Assembly (NCBI GenBank): GCA_963664325.2
Contig: CAXXDQ010000004.1
Location: 352,001 to 416,000 of the forward strand
Length of the DNA: 64,000 nucleotides
Direction of reading: 5' to 3'
Origin: Desulfomonilia bacterium
Lineage (GTDB): Bacteria; Desulfobacterota; Desulfomonilia; UBA1062
Shown: positions 48,621-62,808 of the stretch, one piece after another
How positions within the stretch are numbered: position 1 is the first letter of the stretch
Layout: each line of letters opens with the position of its first letter
Position numbers and translations under genes: made by a program
Notes under the pieces: generated by a model
Seen by the model: the letters and a program-made list of their open reading frames with translations, nothing else
Told to the model about the DNA's origin: nothing
Databases searched by the model: none

Positions 48621-49800
48621 CTATTCCCTCTAATTCAATTAAATCGTCTATGGTTGTCTTCGCAATGTCATGAAGGGTTTTGTATCCGGCTGATGTCAAT
48701 TCTTCTGCTATGAGATCATCTATTTCCTTAATCCTAGTAAGAGCATATTTGTCTTCTGATGAAATAACTTCTTCCATCCCGTCCGATCTAACATCAATTT
48801 TCCAACCAGTAAGTTTTGCAACAAGTCTTACATTCTGTCCACGTCTTCCTATTGCTAGGCTAAGCTGATCATCAGAAACAACAACATCCATGGCCTTATT
48901 TGTCTTGTCCACAATAACCTTTGAGACGCGAGCCGGAGCAAGGGCATTGCATACAAATTTAACAGGGTCTTCTGACCATACAACGATGTCCTGTCTTTCT
49001 CCCCGGAGTTCATGAATAACATTCTGAACGCGCGCACCCTTTACCCCGACACATGTTCCAACAGGATCAACATTTGGGTCGTGACTTCTTACGGCAATCT
49101 TTGCCCTTATCCCTGGATCCCTAGCAACAGCAACTATTTCCACAATCCCTTCTGCGATCTCAGGAACTTCCATTTCAAAAAGCTTTTCAAGAAACTTCGG
49201 ATGTGTACGTGAAAGCTCTATCTGTGGCATTTTAAGCGATTTGGTTACATCCAGTATATAAGCCTGTACCCTGTCACTTCTTCTGAAAAGTTCACCAGGG
49301 ATATGCTCTTTTTCTCTGAGAATTGCTTCAGCCTTGCCTAAATTGATAATGGCATCCTTCCTTTCGAACCTTTGAATAAACCCTGATATTATTTCTCCTT
49401 TGCGTTCGATAAACTCTTTGTAAACTGCATCCCTTTCTACTTCTTTAACCTTTTGCGTCATTACTTGTTTTGCATTCTGCGCTGCGATTCTACCGAGTTT
49501 GCTGGCGTCAAGCTTTTCTCCGATTTCATCGCCAACTTCGCAGCCGGGATCAAGATTTTTAGCATCTTCTAGTGCAATTTCCATAGATGGATCAAAGACA
49601 TCTTCAGCAACAACCTTAAATTGAAATACTTCTACTTCATCAATATCTGCATTATACTGCGCCTCAATATTCGGATAATCTCCGTATACTTTCTTTGCTG
49701 CGCTAAGAATTGCTGCCTCAATTACACTTATGAGGTCATTTTGTTTTAAACCCTTTTCCTTAGCAATCTGCTCTAACGTTTTTGATAAGTTTAAACTCAT
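48565..49800 (-). CDS. nusA: Transcription termination factor NusA
   Basis: GRIAAQNAKQV, LSRTHP, EVPEI, SLAIGRRGQNVRL. Confidence 0.97.
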   Translation of the reverse strand: MSLNLSKTLEQIAKEKGLKQNDLISVIEAAILSAAKKVYGDYPNIEAQYNADIDEVEVFQFKVVAEDVFDPSMEIALEDAKNLDPGCEVGDEIGEKLDASKLGRIAAQNAKQVMTQKVKEVERDAVYKEFIERKGEIISGFIQRFERKDAIINLGKAEAILREKEHIPGELFRRSDRVQAYILDVTKSLKMPQIELSRTHPKFLEKLFEMEVPEIAEGIVEIVAVARDPGIRAKIAVRSHDPNVDPVGTCVGVKGARVQNVIHELRGERQDIVVWSEDPVKFVCNALAPARVSKVIVDKTNKAMDVVVSDDQLSLAIGRRGQNVRLVAKLTGWKIDVRSDGMEEVISSEDKYALTRIKEIDDLIAEELTSAGYKTLHDIAKTTIDDLIELEGIDDQTAELIIKRAKKIINN

Positions 49801-49817
49801 ACGCATACTCCCTAAAA

Positions 49818-50246
49818 CTAATAATCTAGATTAGCTTTGATAATATCTTTCAATAAAATCTCATGTACGAGGCTACCTGTATCTATCTTCATTTTGATTC
49901 CATTTGTTTCCCTTAATATGCCCTGAATTATTTCTTGTTTTGTATGGATTTTTACTTTTCTTCCCGTAAAATGTTTAAATTCCTTTACGGTTGACAGCTT
50001 TCTTGTAATCCCAGGAGAAGAAACTTCCAATCGATAACGGCCTTCAATGATATCTATAACATCAAGCAGAAGTCCAACATGCCTGTTAACGCTAACGCAA
50101 TCATCAAGAGTAACACCTTCAGGTTTGTCTATTGTTAGCTTTAATACACCCCTGGGAAAACTGATCTCTAATAAATCCAGACCTAAAGGTGCAATTACGT
50201 TTGTAATCTCTTTTTCTAATTTTTCTACTATTTCTTCTGCTTTCAT
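49818..50246 (-). CDS. rimP: Ribosome maturation factor RimP
   Basis: GVTLDDC, YRLEVSSPG; start ATG 50246 (the ORF-track extension runs into the tRNA). Confidence 0.93.
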   Translation of the reverse strand: MKAEEIVEKLEKEITNVIAPLGLDLLEISFPRGVLKLTIDKPEGVTLDDCVSVNRHVGLLLDVIDIIEGRYRLEVSSPGITRKLSTVKEFKHFTGRKVKIHTKQEIIQGILRETNGIKMKIDTGSLVHEILLKDIIKANLDY

Positions 50247-50253
50247 GTTAAAT

Positions 50254-50278
50254 AAAAAAGTGGGCATAAGCCCACTTT
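50254..50278 (-). promoter_or_regulatory. rimP leader hairpin/terminator
   Basis: AAAGTGGGC-TTAT-GCCCACTTTTTT immediately before rimP, matching the conserved rimP-leader motif. Confidence 0.75.
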
Positions 50279-50299
50279 CCTCCCATTTCCCTTTCTTTC

Positions 50300-50375
50300 T
50301 GGAGCGGGCAACGGGGTTCGAACCCGCGACATTCAGCTTGGGAAGCTGACACTCTACCAACTGAGCTATGCCCGC
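50300..50375 (-). tRNA. tRNA-Gly (CCC)
   Basis: GCGGGCATAGCTCAGTTGGTAGAG...TCAGC-TTCCCAA-GCTGA...GGTTCGAACCC...GCCCGCTCCA; 76 nt with encoded CCA. Confidence 0.97.
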
Positions 50376-50493
50376 ACGAATATTATTAATAGAATATGAA
50401 CAATCCTATTGTCAACATATCTTTCTGTTGGTGTCATTTGGTACGGGAATTATTTAATGTTATAAAAAAACCTGTTCTCGGTATTATAAATGG

Positions 50494-50892
50494 TCAATTC
50501 GTGATCATCTTTACCAGTACCGATCGCAACCTTGGTCCATCAAATTCAGCAAGGTATATGCCCTGCCAAGTTCCTAATACGAGGGTTGAGCTTTCTGCAA
50601 AAACTGTTACACTGGACCCAATTAAGCTTGCTTTTATATGTGCGTGTGAATTTCCTTCAACATGCCTGTAATGCATATTTTTTGGTACAAGTCTTTCCAG
50701 GGTTTCCTTAATATCTTCTTTTACATCAGGATCTGCATTTTCATTGATAGTTATCCCGCATGTTGTGTGGGGTACATAAACAAAAATTACCCCTGAAGAA
50801 ACGGCTTCTGATTTGATAATTGATTTAATATGTGATGTTATGTCAATAAACTGACAAGCTCCTGTGGTTTTTACTTCTATTCTCTTGATCAT
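50494..50892 (-). CDS. yjbQ: YjbQ (UPF0047) family protein
   Basis: PHTTCGITINENADPDV, EGNSHAHIK, LGTWQGIYLAEFDGPR. Confidence 0.93.
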   Translation of the reverse strand: MIKRIEVKTTGACQFIDITSHIKSIIKSEAVSSGVIFVYVPHTTCGITINENADPDVKEDIKETLERLVPKNMHYRHVEGNSHAHIKASLIGSSVTVFAESSTLVLGTWQGIYLAEFDGPRLRSVLVKMITN

Positions 50893-50902
50893 AATATCCT
50901 CT

Positions 50903-51691
50903 CTAAATAGTTCTCCTTGTTGAAATATGTGAAAGAAAAAGTTCTTCAAAATTTGAAAATGTTATTTCTGATAATTCTTCAATACCTATCTTTTTAATTT
51001 CTGACAACACATTAAGAACTTCCATAAGGTATGCTGGCTCATTCATTTTCCCTCTATGTGGGACAGGGGACAGATATGGCGCATCTGTTTCTATAAGAAG
51101 CCTGTTGAGAGGTGTCATCTTGGCAACTTCTCTTAATAGGGTTGCTGATTTATAAGTAATAACCCCCGTAATTGATAAATAAAATCCTTTCGAGAGGATT
51201 AAAGAAGCAAGATCTTTGTCTCCTGAAAAGCAGTGCATAACGCCACCCATAGACCATCCATTATATTCATTAAGTACCTTAACTGTTTCTTTGTGGGCTT
51301 CCCTATCATGTATGACCAAGGGAAGACTATGCGCCTTTGAAAGTTTTATGTGTGCCTTAAATATTTCTTCCTGCTCAATGATGGAATTTGGTGTACGATA
51401 AAAATCAAAACCGGTTTCCCCTATGGCAACGACATTATTATCAATTTCAAAGGAAAGATTATATACATCTTCTACTGAAAAATTAAATGCCTTCTGAGGA
51501 TGAATTCCTACAGAGGTATAAAATCCTTTGTGTGTTTCAGATAGCCTCCTGGCCTTAATACTGTCCTCGGGATCAATCCCGACCAAAAGAATTTTTTCAA
51601 CTCCAGCAGAATAAGCCCTGTTTAGAATATCATCAAGTGTGTTTTTACATTCATCAAAATGAAGGTGATTGTGAGAATCTGCGATCTTCAT
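50903..51691 (-). CDS. tatD: TatD family nuclease
   Basis: DSHNHL, GIHP, AIGETGFD, HDREA, HCFSG, ETDAPYL. Confidence 0.94.
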   Translation of the reverse strand: MKIADSHNHLHFDECKNTLDDILNRAYSAGVEKILLVGIDPEDSIKARRLSETHKGFYTSVGIHPQKAFNFSVEDVYNLSFEIDNNVVAIGETGFDFYRTPNSIIEQEEIFKAHIKLSKAHSLPLVIHDREAHKETVKVLNEYNGWSMGGVMHCFSGDKDLASLILSKGFYLSITGVITYKSATLLREVAKMTPLNRLLIETDAPYLSPVPHRGKMNEPAYLMEVLNVLSEIKKIGIEELSEITFSNFEELFLSHISTRRTI

Positions 51692-52446
51692 AATTTCAAG
51701 AGCTGTAAAAAGGTTTCGTGTATTATTTTATTGCTGGCTGCAATGTTTCCTTTATTCAGGTCAAAGGCCTTTCCATCCATACAGGTAGCCCTGCCCCCAG
51801 CTTCTTCGAGTATCAAAACCCCAGCTGCCATATCCCAAGGTTTCAGTTCCATTTCCCAAAATGCATCAAATCTACCGCATGCAACAAAACAAAGGTCAAG
51901 AGCTGCCGATCCGAATCTTCTTATACCCTGAACCTCTTTAATAATATTAAAAAAACGTTTTACTATTTTTTTTATATTATTGCTTTTATAAGGAAATCCT
52001 GTAGCCACAAGGGCATTAACAAGATTCCCTGTCGCTGAAACATTTATTCTTTTTCCGTTAAGAAAAGATCCCTTTCCTTTTTCGGCATAATAAATTTCTT
52101 GGGTTACAGGATTAAAACATACACCAATCAATGGTGTAGCTTCTTTATAAAGGGCTATTGATACACAAAACATTGGCACACCATGTACAAAATTGGTTGT
52201 ACCATCAATCGGATCAATATACCATGCAAAGCCTTCTTTTCCTGATTTATCATATCCTTCCTCAGCTATGATTGCATGGTCTGGAAATCGTTTTTCTATG
52301 CTCTCGATTATTATTTTCTGGGAAGCTTTATCTGCATGAGTAACAAGATCAATACGGCTTTTATGTTCAATGAAAAGGTCCGTGCCTGTTTGGCTTAGTA
52401 AATATGTCCCAGCCTGTTGAGAGATATCGATTACAAAATCGAGCAT
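51688..52446 (-). CDS. suhB: Inositol monophosphatase family SuhB
   Basis: WYIDPIDGTTNF, GSAALDLC, KPWDMAAG. Confidence 0.93.
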   Translation of the reverse strand: MLDFVIDISQQAGTYLLSQTGTDLFIEHKSRIDLVTHADKASQKIIIESIEKRFPDHAIIAEEGYDKSGKEGFAWYIDPIDGTTNFVHGVPMFCVSIALYKEATPLIGVCFNPVTQEIYYAEKGKGSFLNGKRINVSATGNLVNALVATGFPYKSNNIKKIVKRFFNIIKEVQGIRRFGSAALDLCFVACGRFDAFWEMELKPWDMAAGVLILEEAGGRATCMDGKAFDLNKGNIAASNKIIHETFLQLLKL

Positions 52447-52491
52447 ATAACCTCTTGCTAAATCATAATTAATTGATATAGCATAAAAGAC

Positions 52492-53001
52492 ATGGAAAAG
52501 GTTTACAAGATAAAAAATAGCTTAAGAATACCTATGGGAATTGCAATTATCCTTTCAATTCCCGTTTTCTATGACGTGTTTAATAAAGGGCTTGCTAAAC
52601 AACATGTTTTTATTGTTGGGATACTGGTTTTTGTTTTTATTGTTTTTGCTGCTAACAACCTGTTAAGGAAAATAACTATTTTTAATGACAGGATAATTAT
52701 ATTTAGCATTGCGGGAAAGAGAGTTGTTCCCTTTAATGAAGTAACATCTGTTGATGGCATTTCTTTGGGCAGAAGACAATACATAACAATAGCTCATAAA
52801 AACAGGAACCTTCTTATTCCAAACAGCTTTTATGATTTCTCAAAAATATTATCGACGATCAAAAGAGCTGTGCAAGAGGATATTATTGGGCAAGGCCTTA
52901 TTGACATTGAAACCTTCCCCCTTTTTCGTGCCGGTGATACAATAGCCGCATGGATTACGGTCATACTTCTGGCAGGAATATTGATAGCTCGGATGATCTG
53001 A
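52492..53001 (+). CDS. Hypothetical membrane protein (2 TM + PH-like domain + TM)
   Basis: Hydrophobicity pattern; fills the gap divergent from suhB. Confidence 0.65.
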   Translation: MEKVYKIKNSLRIPMGIAIILSIPVFYDVFNKGLAKQHVFIVGILVFVFIVFAANNLLRKITIFNDRIIIFSIAGKRVVPFNEVTSVDGISLGRRQYITIAHKNRNLLIPNSFYDFSKILSTIKRAVQEDIIGQGLIDIETFPLFRAGDTIAAWITVILLAGILIARMI

Positions 53002-53057
53002 TTCTATTTTCATCTTAAAAGCTCTTTATGTAAGCCCAAACAACGGGTTCTTCAAAA

Positions 53058-53073
53058 TGTTTCACGTGAAACT
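53058..53073. promoter_or_regulatory. parS centromere-like site
   Basis: TGTTTCACGTGAAACT, 15/16 match to TGTTTCACGTGAAACA, just upstream of parA. Confidence 0.88.
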
Positions 53074-53115
53074 TTTTGATTTGTTATCTATAATTTTTAT
53101 GTTAATTCCTTTTTT

Positions 53116-53886
53116 GTGACTGCAAAAATAATTAGTATTTCTAATCAAAAAGGCGGGGTTGGAAAAACGACCACTGCCGTTAATCTGAGTGCTTCTTTAT
53201 CCTTGCTTGGGCGACGAGTTTTGCTTATTGATTTTGATCCACAGTCCAACGCCTCTTCTGGTTTGGGTATAGTTTTGGGCGATAGCGAGAAGCATATTTA
53301 TCATTCCCTGATTGGAGCTTGTTCTTTACTGGATATTATAAGGGAAACCCGAATAAGAAATCTTTTCCTTGCCCCCAGTAACAGCAGTCTTATCGGCTCA
53401 GAAATAGAACTTATGTCCATGAGTTCATGGGAGACTATTCTTTCTAATACTTTAAAAAACCAGGTTGCAAATTACGAATATATTATTATCGATTGTCCTC
53501 CTTCGCTTGGATTATTAACTTTAAATGCCCTGACTGCCTCCCATTCTCTTCTTATCCCAGTCCAGTGTGAGTATTTTGCCCTAGAAGGGTTAAAGAACCT
53601 TCTTGGAACCTTTGACCTTGTTCGGCAGCGGTTGAATCCATCTATAAATATAGAAGGGTTTTTACTCACAATGTTTGATTCCCGTACAAGGTTAAGTCAT
53701 GATATTTCTGAAAATGTTCGTTTGCATTTTGGTTCCAAGGTTTTCAATACCGTAATACCTAGAAATATAAAACTTTGTGAGGCGCCAAGTTATGGTCTTC
53801 CCATCTGCCTTTATGATGTTTCTTCGAAAGGCGCCCAACATTATCTTATGCTGGCAAGAGAAATCAATGAGAGGTACAATTCATGA
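53116..53886 (+). CDS. parA: Chromosome partitioning ATPase ParA/Soj
   Basis: NQKGGVGKTTT, DFDPQSN, IDCPPSLG, PVQCEYFALEG. Confidence 0.96.
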   Translation: MTAKIISISNQKGGVGKTTTAVNLSASLSLLGRRVLLIDFDPQSNASSGLGIVLGDSEKHIYHSLIGACSLLDIIRETRIRNLFLAPSNSSLIGSEIELMSMSSWETILSNTLKNQVANYEYIIIDCPPSLGLLTLNALTASHSLLIPVQCEYFALEGLKNLLGTFDLVRQRLNPSINIEGFLLTMFDSRTRLSHDISENVRLHFGSKVFNTVIPRNIKLCEAPSYGLPICLYDVSSKGAQHYLMLAREINERYNS

Positions 53887-54734
53887 AATCAAAACAACGT
53901 TTGGGCCGTGGAATAGATGCCTTATTTAGTAATACGGCTGTATCAACAAACATGGGTATTGTTGATCTACCCGTTAGTGATATTTTACCTAATCCAACCC
54001 AGCCTCGAAAAATTATTGATGATGACAAAATAGCTGAACTTTCGGAGTCAATAAAAAAGAACGGCTTGATCTCTCCAATTCTTGTAAGAAGAAATAATTC
54101 TAAATTTGAAATAATAGCGGGAGAAAGGAGATTCCGGGCAGCTGTTTTAGGGGGTATCAAAAAAATACCTTCAATTATTCGTGATGTTTCTGATGGTGAC
54201 TCTTTCCGGTTGTCAATAGTTGAAAATGTCCAGCGGGAAGACCTTAATCCAATGGAAGAAGCTGAGGCTTACTATACCCTGAACAAGTACTTCCATCAGA
54301 CCCATAATGATATCGCTGTGGCTGTTTCAAAAGATCGTTCTACCATATCTAATTCTCTAAGACTAATATCTCTTCCCGAGGTCGTGAAAGAATCTTTAAG
54401 GGCAGGAGAAATCACAACTGGTCACGCAAGGGCGATCCTTATGCTCGAAAGTTTTAACGAACAAATATCACTCCATAAAACTGTTGTCTCAAAAAAACTT
54501 AGCGTTCGAGAAACAGAGAAGCTGGCATCAAAAAATATTAGAAAAAAAGCCTCTCCCAAAAAAGGGGTTTCTTCAGATCTTGAGCGGTTATCTCATATTC
54601 TCTCTGAGAAACTTTCAACCAGGGTCATTTGTTCTTGGTCAAAGAAAAAGGGGAAGATTCTCATTGAGGTTCATTCAAGGGAAGATTTCGGAAGGATCGC
54701 TTCTTTGTTGTCTCTAAAGGAAACTCCAATATGA
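53883..54734 (+). CDS. parB: Chromosome partitioning protein ParB/Spo0J
   Basis: LGRGIDAL, QPRK, IIAGERRFRA, ENVQREDLNPMEEA. Confidence 0.96.
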   Translation: MKSKQRLGRGIDALFSNTAVSTNMGIVDLPVSDILPNPTQPRKIIDDDKIAELSESIKKNGLISPILVRRNNSKFEIIAGERRFRAAVLGGIKKIPSIIRDVSDGDSFRLSIVENVQREDLNPMEEAEAYYTLNKYFHQTHNDIAVAVSKDRSTISNSLRLISLPEVVKESLRAGEITTGHARAILMLESFNEQISLHKTVVSKKLSVRETEKLASKNIRKKASPKKGVSSDLERLSHILSEKLSTRVICSWSKKKGKILIEVHSREDFGRIASLLSLKETPI

Positions 54735-54904
54735 GAATAAACATTTTATCAACAAATAAACAATTAGAGTTAATTTACAAATGTTTTTATATTTTTTTTC
54801 ATTGTTCGTTTTCATTAAAGTTAAGGCAAAATGATGGTTTGTATGCGATCTTGACATATCGACATTGGTATTCTTATTTTCTATATAAATAAGGAGAATC
54901 TATT
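54735..54904. other. AT-rich intergenic region, candidate replication origin element
   Basis: TTATCAACA (one mismatch to the DnaA box) at 54746-54754 with flanking AATAAACA repeats, between parB and dnaN. Confidence 0.35.
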
Positions 54905-58419
<3,515 letters not shown>

Positions 58420-58442
58420 TTTGCATGACAGGGGATAACTAG

Positions 58443-60878
58443 ATGCCGATAAATAATATAGCCATAGATCAGGAGATGCGAAAATCCTACCTTGATTACG
58501 CGATGAGCGTAATCATAGGGAGGGCAATACCCGATGTGAGGGACGGACTGAAGCCGGTTCACAGACGGATCCTTTTTGCCATGCATGAAGCCGGCAATAC
58601 CCACAACAAGGCATATAAAAAATCAGCACGCATTGTAGGTGATGTCATTGGTAAATACCATCCACATGGCGACCAGGCTGTTTATGACTCCATCGTGCGC
58701 ATGGCGCAAACGTTTTCATTGAGATACATGCTGGTTGACGGGCAGGGCAATTTCGGGTCAGTCGACGGTGACCCTCCTGCGGCTATGCGATATACGGAAA
58801 TCCGCATGTCCAGAATAGCCGATGAGATGCTTTCAGACATCGAGAAGGAAACAGTGGATTTCAATCCGAATTATGATGAAAGCCTTTTTGAACCCCAGGT
58901 CCTTCCTGCAAAAATTCCCGCACTTTTGCTTAACGGATCATCCGGTATTGCTGTTGGAATGGCTACCAGCATCCCGCCTCATAACCTTGGAGAACTGATA
59001 AACGCACTAATAACCGTAATCGACAAGCCGTCAACCACTGTCCTCGATGTAATGAAAATTGTGCCAGGGCCGGATTTTCCCACAGGAGGCATAGTTTATG
59101 CCGGCAATGAGCTTGATAAGAGCTATGCAACTGGCCGGGGTGTAATTACGATCCGTGGTAAAGTTCACATAGAGGAAGAAAAAGGAGGAAAGGAAAAATT
59201 AATAATTGACGAACTTCCGTATACGGTAAACAAGGCCGAACTGATTGAAAAGATAGCCATTCTGGCCCAGGAAAAAAAGATTGAAGACCTCGCGGCTGTC
59301 AGGGATGAAAGCGACAAGGACGGTATGAGGGTAGTCATTGAACTGAAAAAAGGCGCTCAGGCCGGAGTAATAGAAAACCTTTTATACAAGCTCACAAACC
59401 TTCAAACGTCGTTTTCCATGAACTTCCTTTCCATCCACAACAACCGCCCGCGAGTAATGAACCTGCTTGAGCTTCTCTGCGCATTCCTTGATTTCAGGGA
59501 AGAGGTTGTAACAAGGCGTTCCCAATTCGAACTCACAAAGGCAAAGGCAAGGGTTCATATACTGGAAGGTCTCCTCAAAGCCCTTGATCACATTGATGAA
59601 ATTGTAGCACTTATCAAGGCCTCGGCAACGCCAAAGGATGCCCAGGAAGGGTTGATGAAGACGTTCGCTTTCTCGGAACTTCAGGCTCAGGCAATCCTGG
59701 ACATGCGTCTCCAGAGGCTCACGGGACTGGAAAGAGAAAAGCTGGCGGATGAACATGCATCATTACTCAAAGAAATAGCACGTCTTGAAAAAATCCTATC
59801 TGACAGAAATGAGCTGTTAAGTGTTATCAGGGGAGAGCTTGTAGAGATTAAAAACAAGTATGCTGATCCACGAAGAACGGAGATCGTATACGGTGAACTT
59901 GGCGACTTCAACCTTGTTGACCTGATACCCGATGAGAAAATGGTGGTTACCATAACGCGCAGGGGATATATCAAGAGAAGCGAGCTTGACAAATACCGCA
60001 CCCAGAACAGGGGAGGAGTGGGAGTCAGGGCCGGAACAACTGGAGAAGACGATTTTATCGAACATGTCTTTACCGCGAACAACCATGCTTCAATCCTTTA
60101 TTTTACCAACAAAGGACGCGTTTACCATACAAGAGTCTATGAAATCCCGGAGAGGGACAGAGCCCTTAAGGGTGTTCCTTTAAACAATATCAGGCCGATT
60201 CACAAGGATGAAAGAATTTGTGCGGTGCTTGTGGCGCCAGACATAACCATGACCGCCAATGTCATAATGGTGACCGCCAAGGCTAATTGCAAGAGGGTGA
60301 ATCTCAAAGATTTCAGCAGCATACAAAAAACCGGGATAATCGCATGTACGCTTGATGCGGGGGATGAAGTTATTTCAGCAAAGCTTACCTATGGCAACTC
60401 AAACGTGGTTGTTGCATCGAGTGCAGGCAAGGCGATAGTATTTCCTGAAAACGATGTAAGGGTCATGGGCCGGCAGGCACAGGGGGTAAGAGCCATAAGA
60501 CTTGATGAAAATGAAACTGTTGTCGGCATGGACGTGGTTCACGCCGAAGATGAATATGTTATTAATCTTACAACCAACGGGTATGGCAAAAAGACATCGG
60601 TAGGGAAATATCCTGTACAGGCAAGGGCCGGTAAAGGCGTACTCACTGTAGAGATCACAGAAAAGACGGGAGCCCTTGTTGGTGTTAGAGTCGTAAGGGC
60701 AACAGATGAGCTTATCGTGATTTCATCTTCGGGACAGATTATAAGGGTACCTGTGTCGCAGATAAGGAAAACTGGAAGAAAAGCGCAAGGAGTAAAAACC
60801 ATCAGCCTCAAGGATGACGAAAAAATTATGGATTTCACACTTTATGTTGAGGATGAACCGGCTGAATCAGTTAATTGA
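58443..60878 (+). CDS. gyrA: DNA gyrase subunit A
   Basis: YHPHGD, AAMRYTE (catalytic Tyr), GyrA-box-like QNRGGVG. Confidence 0.97.
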   Translation: MPINNIAIDQEMRKSYLDYAMSVIIGRAIPDVRDGLKPVHRRILFAMHEAGNTHNKAYKKSARIVGDVIGKYHPHGDQAVYDSIVRMAQTFSLRYMLVDGQGNFGSVDGDPPAAMRYTEIRMSRIADEMLSDIEKETVDFNPNYDESLFEPQVLPAKIPALLLNGSSGIAVGMATSIPPHNLGELINALITVIDKPSTTVLDVMKIVPGPDFPTGGIVYAGNELDKSYATGRGVITIRGKVHIEEEKGGKEKLIIDELPYTVNKAELIEKIAILAQEKKIEDLAAVRDESDKDGMRVVIELKKGAQAGVIENLLYKLTNLQTSFSMNFLSIHNNRPRVMNLLELLCAFLDFREEVVTRRSQFELTKAKARVHILEGLLKALDHIDEIVALIKASATPKDAQEGLMKTFAFSELQAQAILDMRLQRLTGLEREKLADEHASLLKEIARLEKILSDRNELLSVIRGELVEIKNKYADPRRTEIVYGELGDFNLVDLIPDEKMVVTITRRGYIKRSELDKYRTQNRGGVGVRAGTTGEDDFIEHVFTANNHASILYFTNKGRVYHTRVYEIPERDRALKGVPLNNIRPIHKDERICAVLVAPDITMTANVIMVTAKANCKRVNLKDFSSIQKTGIIACTLDAGDEVISAKLTYGNSNVVVASSAGKAIVFPENDVRVMGRQAQGVRAIRLDENETVVGMDVVHAEDEYVINLTTNGYGKKTSVGKYPVQARAGKGVLTVEITEKTGALVGVRVVRATDELIVISSSGQIIRVPVSQIRKTGRKAQGVKTISLKDDEKIMDFTLYVEDEPAESVN

Positions 60879-60923
60879 TGGGCGCCATTAAGCGCCCCTC
60901 AAGTTTAAACGACCAGGGCTTTT

Positions 60924-61040
60924 TCAAGGACAATCGTTTTTGTAAGGGCTTTCTCCCAGAGCAGTTGCTGTTGGAGAGGCCGACATAATGGATATATCTT
61001 GCTCTGGCGACTGGTCGCCGAATACTAAGGCGATCCTTTT
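60924..61040 (-). pseudogene. 5' remnant of D-alanine--D-alanine ligase
   Basis: KRIALVFGDQSPEQDISIMSASPTATALGESPY resembles the Ddl N-terminus (K.IAVLFGG.S.EHEVS..SA); no in-frame start; 38 codons then stop. Confidence 0.6.
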
Positions 61041-61511
61041 TCAGAGTTCAATAACTTCAGCCTTTCCTGTATCGGTTTCAATTATCACAAAAGATCTGAC
61101 ATTAACCAATGCCCCTGAAACCGTGCCAGGATTGATTATTTTCATCGGCGTTCTCTCGTCAATTGTAAGTTTATGCGTATGTCCGAATATCAGGATATCC
61201 ACCCTGTCCGGGTCGATATATTCATTTATAAACGGTTCATGAAAAACAACGATGCTGGTTCCTTCGGCGTCGATGTGCCTTGGTGCAGGTTTGATGTCCA
61301 CAATCTGTGCAAGGTGAATTTTGTCACCATCATTATTTCCGAAGACACAGAGTGCAGGTATGAGCGAGTCCTTAACAAGCCTTGCCGTGAAAGGGGAACA
61401 AAGATCTCCCGCATGTATGAGCATCCGGCATCCTTTAGCCCTTGCAATCTCCAGAGCTTTTCCTGTCGCAATAAGATCATCATGCGTATCGGACAGTATT
61501 GCAATCTTCAT
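61041..61511 (-). CDS. YfcE/MJ0936-family metallophosphoesterase
   Basis: ILSDTH, IHAGD, GNND, FGHTH, NPG. Confidence 0.92.
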   Translation of the reverse strand: MKIAILSDTHDDLIATGKALEIARAKGCRMLIHAGDLCSPFTARLVKDSLIPALCVFGNNDGDKIHLAQIVDIKPAPRHIDAEGTSIVVFHEPFINEYIDPDRVDILIFGHTHKLTIDERTPMKIINPGTVSGALVNVRSFVIIETDTGKAEVIEL

Positions 61512-61514
61512 GGA

Positions 61515-62723
61515 TTATGCACCATATTTTGTCAGCTTTTCAGCGTGGGCCATTGCAAGAGGCATAATATCGACATGCCTGATGTGGCCGAGCCCTCCTG
61601 CCTGACAGGCACGTTCTCCAAAGGAGGTGCAGGCATCGGTTAAAATATTGTTGGCATAAACCAGAATCGGGAGTTCATGCCACGAATGTGATTTCATCAC
61701 GGCAGGAGTGGAATGATCACCTGTGACAATGAAAACATCCGGCTTTAGATTGAGAATTTCCGGAAAAAGGCTGTCGGTATGTTCTATAACCTTTTTCTTT
61801 GCATCAAAGTCGCCGTCCTCGCCGGAAGAATCGGTTTTTTTGACATGGAAAAAGAAAAAGTCATGTTCCGTCCAGTTTCTTTTTAATGCCTCAACTTCAT
61901 CTTCAAGTGTATTGCAACCATCGATTATTTTCATACCGACAAGCTTTGCCAGGCCTTTGTACATGGGATAAGTGGCTATGGCGCAGGCATTCAATCCATA
62001 TATATCTTTAAAAACAGGCAACCCCGGGTCCTTTGCAATACCCCTGAGTGTACATCCGTTAGCCCTGGGCTCATCTTTAAGGATTTCAAAGGCCTTGGCG
62101 AGCCATTGGTTGAGCAGCCTCGCACTTTTTTCTGCGGCAGGAGCAAGTGCGGTCACGGAGAGAGGTTTTAATCCCACCTTTTGAGGATCGGTTTCGGTAA
62201 GTCCCTCTTCCAGGCCGGCACCATCAAAGACCAGGGCAAACCTGTGGTCCCTGACAGGCTTTACTATTACATCGGTGTCTTCCAGTTTTTTTACTACAGA
62301 GAGCTTCTCAACCAATCTTTCGCATTCAAAGGTCGGTATACGCCCTGCCCTGCGGTCGGTTATTGTGCCGTTTGAGGGTTCGATTGTACAGAAATTGCCT
62401 CTTGTCGCCAGACTTGTCGGTGTCAGATGTAATCCTATTCCGAGGGCCTCGAGTACACCCCGGCCGATATTGTAGGTAAGTGGGTCATATCCAAAAAGTC
62501 CCAGGTGTCCAGGTCCGCTTCCTGGAGTAATGCCGGGAGCTATCGCAGTCGAAAGCCCCAGAATGGATTTTTTTGCCAGTTCATCAAGGTTAGGCGTTGA
62601 TGCAGCCTCCAGCTCGGTTTTTCCGGCATCGTTCGGAAGACCGCCGAGTCCGTCCATTACAAGCAGGACAATTTTTTTATCCGAAGATACATGAAGCGTC
62701 TTCATTAAATCGAGCTGGTTCAT
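61515..62723 (-). CDS. apgM: 2,3-bisphosphoglycerate-independent phosphoglycerate mutase (ApgM type)
   Basis: VMDGLG, TPGSGPGHLGLFGYDP, DRRAGRI, TGDHSTP, HSWH. Confidence 0.92.
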   Translation of the reverse strand: MNQLDLMKTLHVSSDKKIVLLVMDGLGGLPNDAGKTELEAASTPNLDELAKKSILGLSTAIAPGITPGSGPGHLGLFGYDPLTYNIGRGVLEALGIGLHLTPTSLATRGNFCTIEPSNGTITDRRAGRIPTFECERLVEKLSVVKKLEDTDVIVKPVRDHRFALVFDGAGLEEGLTETDPQKVGLKPLSVTALAPAAEKSARLLNQWLAKAFEILKDEPRANGCTLRGIAKDPGLPVFKDIYGLNACAIATYPMYKGLAKLVGMKIIDGCNTLEDEVEALKRNWTEHDFFFFHVKKTDSSGEDGDFDAKKKVIEHTDSLFPEILNLKPDVFIVTGDHSTPAVMKSHSWHELPILVYANNILTDACTSFGERACQAGGLGHIRHVDIMPLAMAHAEKLTKYGA

Positions 62724-62808
62724 AATGAAGAACCTCCTATATTTTTGAAAACGGTGTTTTTTCCATATCGGTTCATTAGCATACAATACATAAAAGTCAG
62801 CCTGAAGG

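Noticed and set aside
50247-50360. N-terminal extension of RimP in the ORF track; similar extensions for infB, serA, gyrB and apgM
   Set aside because: They overlap the tRNA or upstream genes, or lie before the conserved N-terminus; downstream starts fit better
50300-50375. tRNA-Gly as an integration site
   Set aside because: No duplicated 3' end or integrase; flanked by core genes
61010-61043. Sec read-through of the yfcE TGA (in-frame continuation with small hairpin)
   Set aside because: YfcE is already complete, the loop lacks the leading G of a SECIS, and the continuation is better explained as a ddl relic
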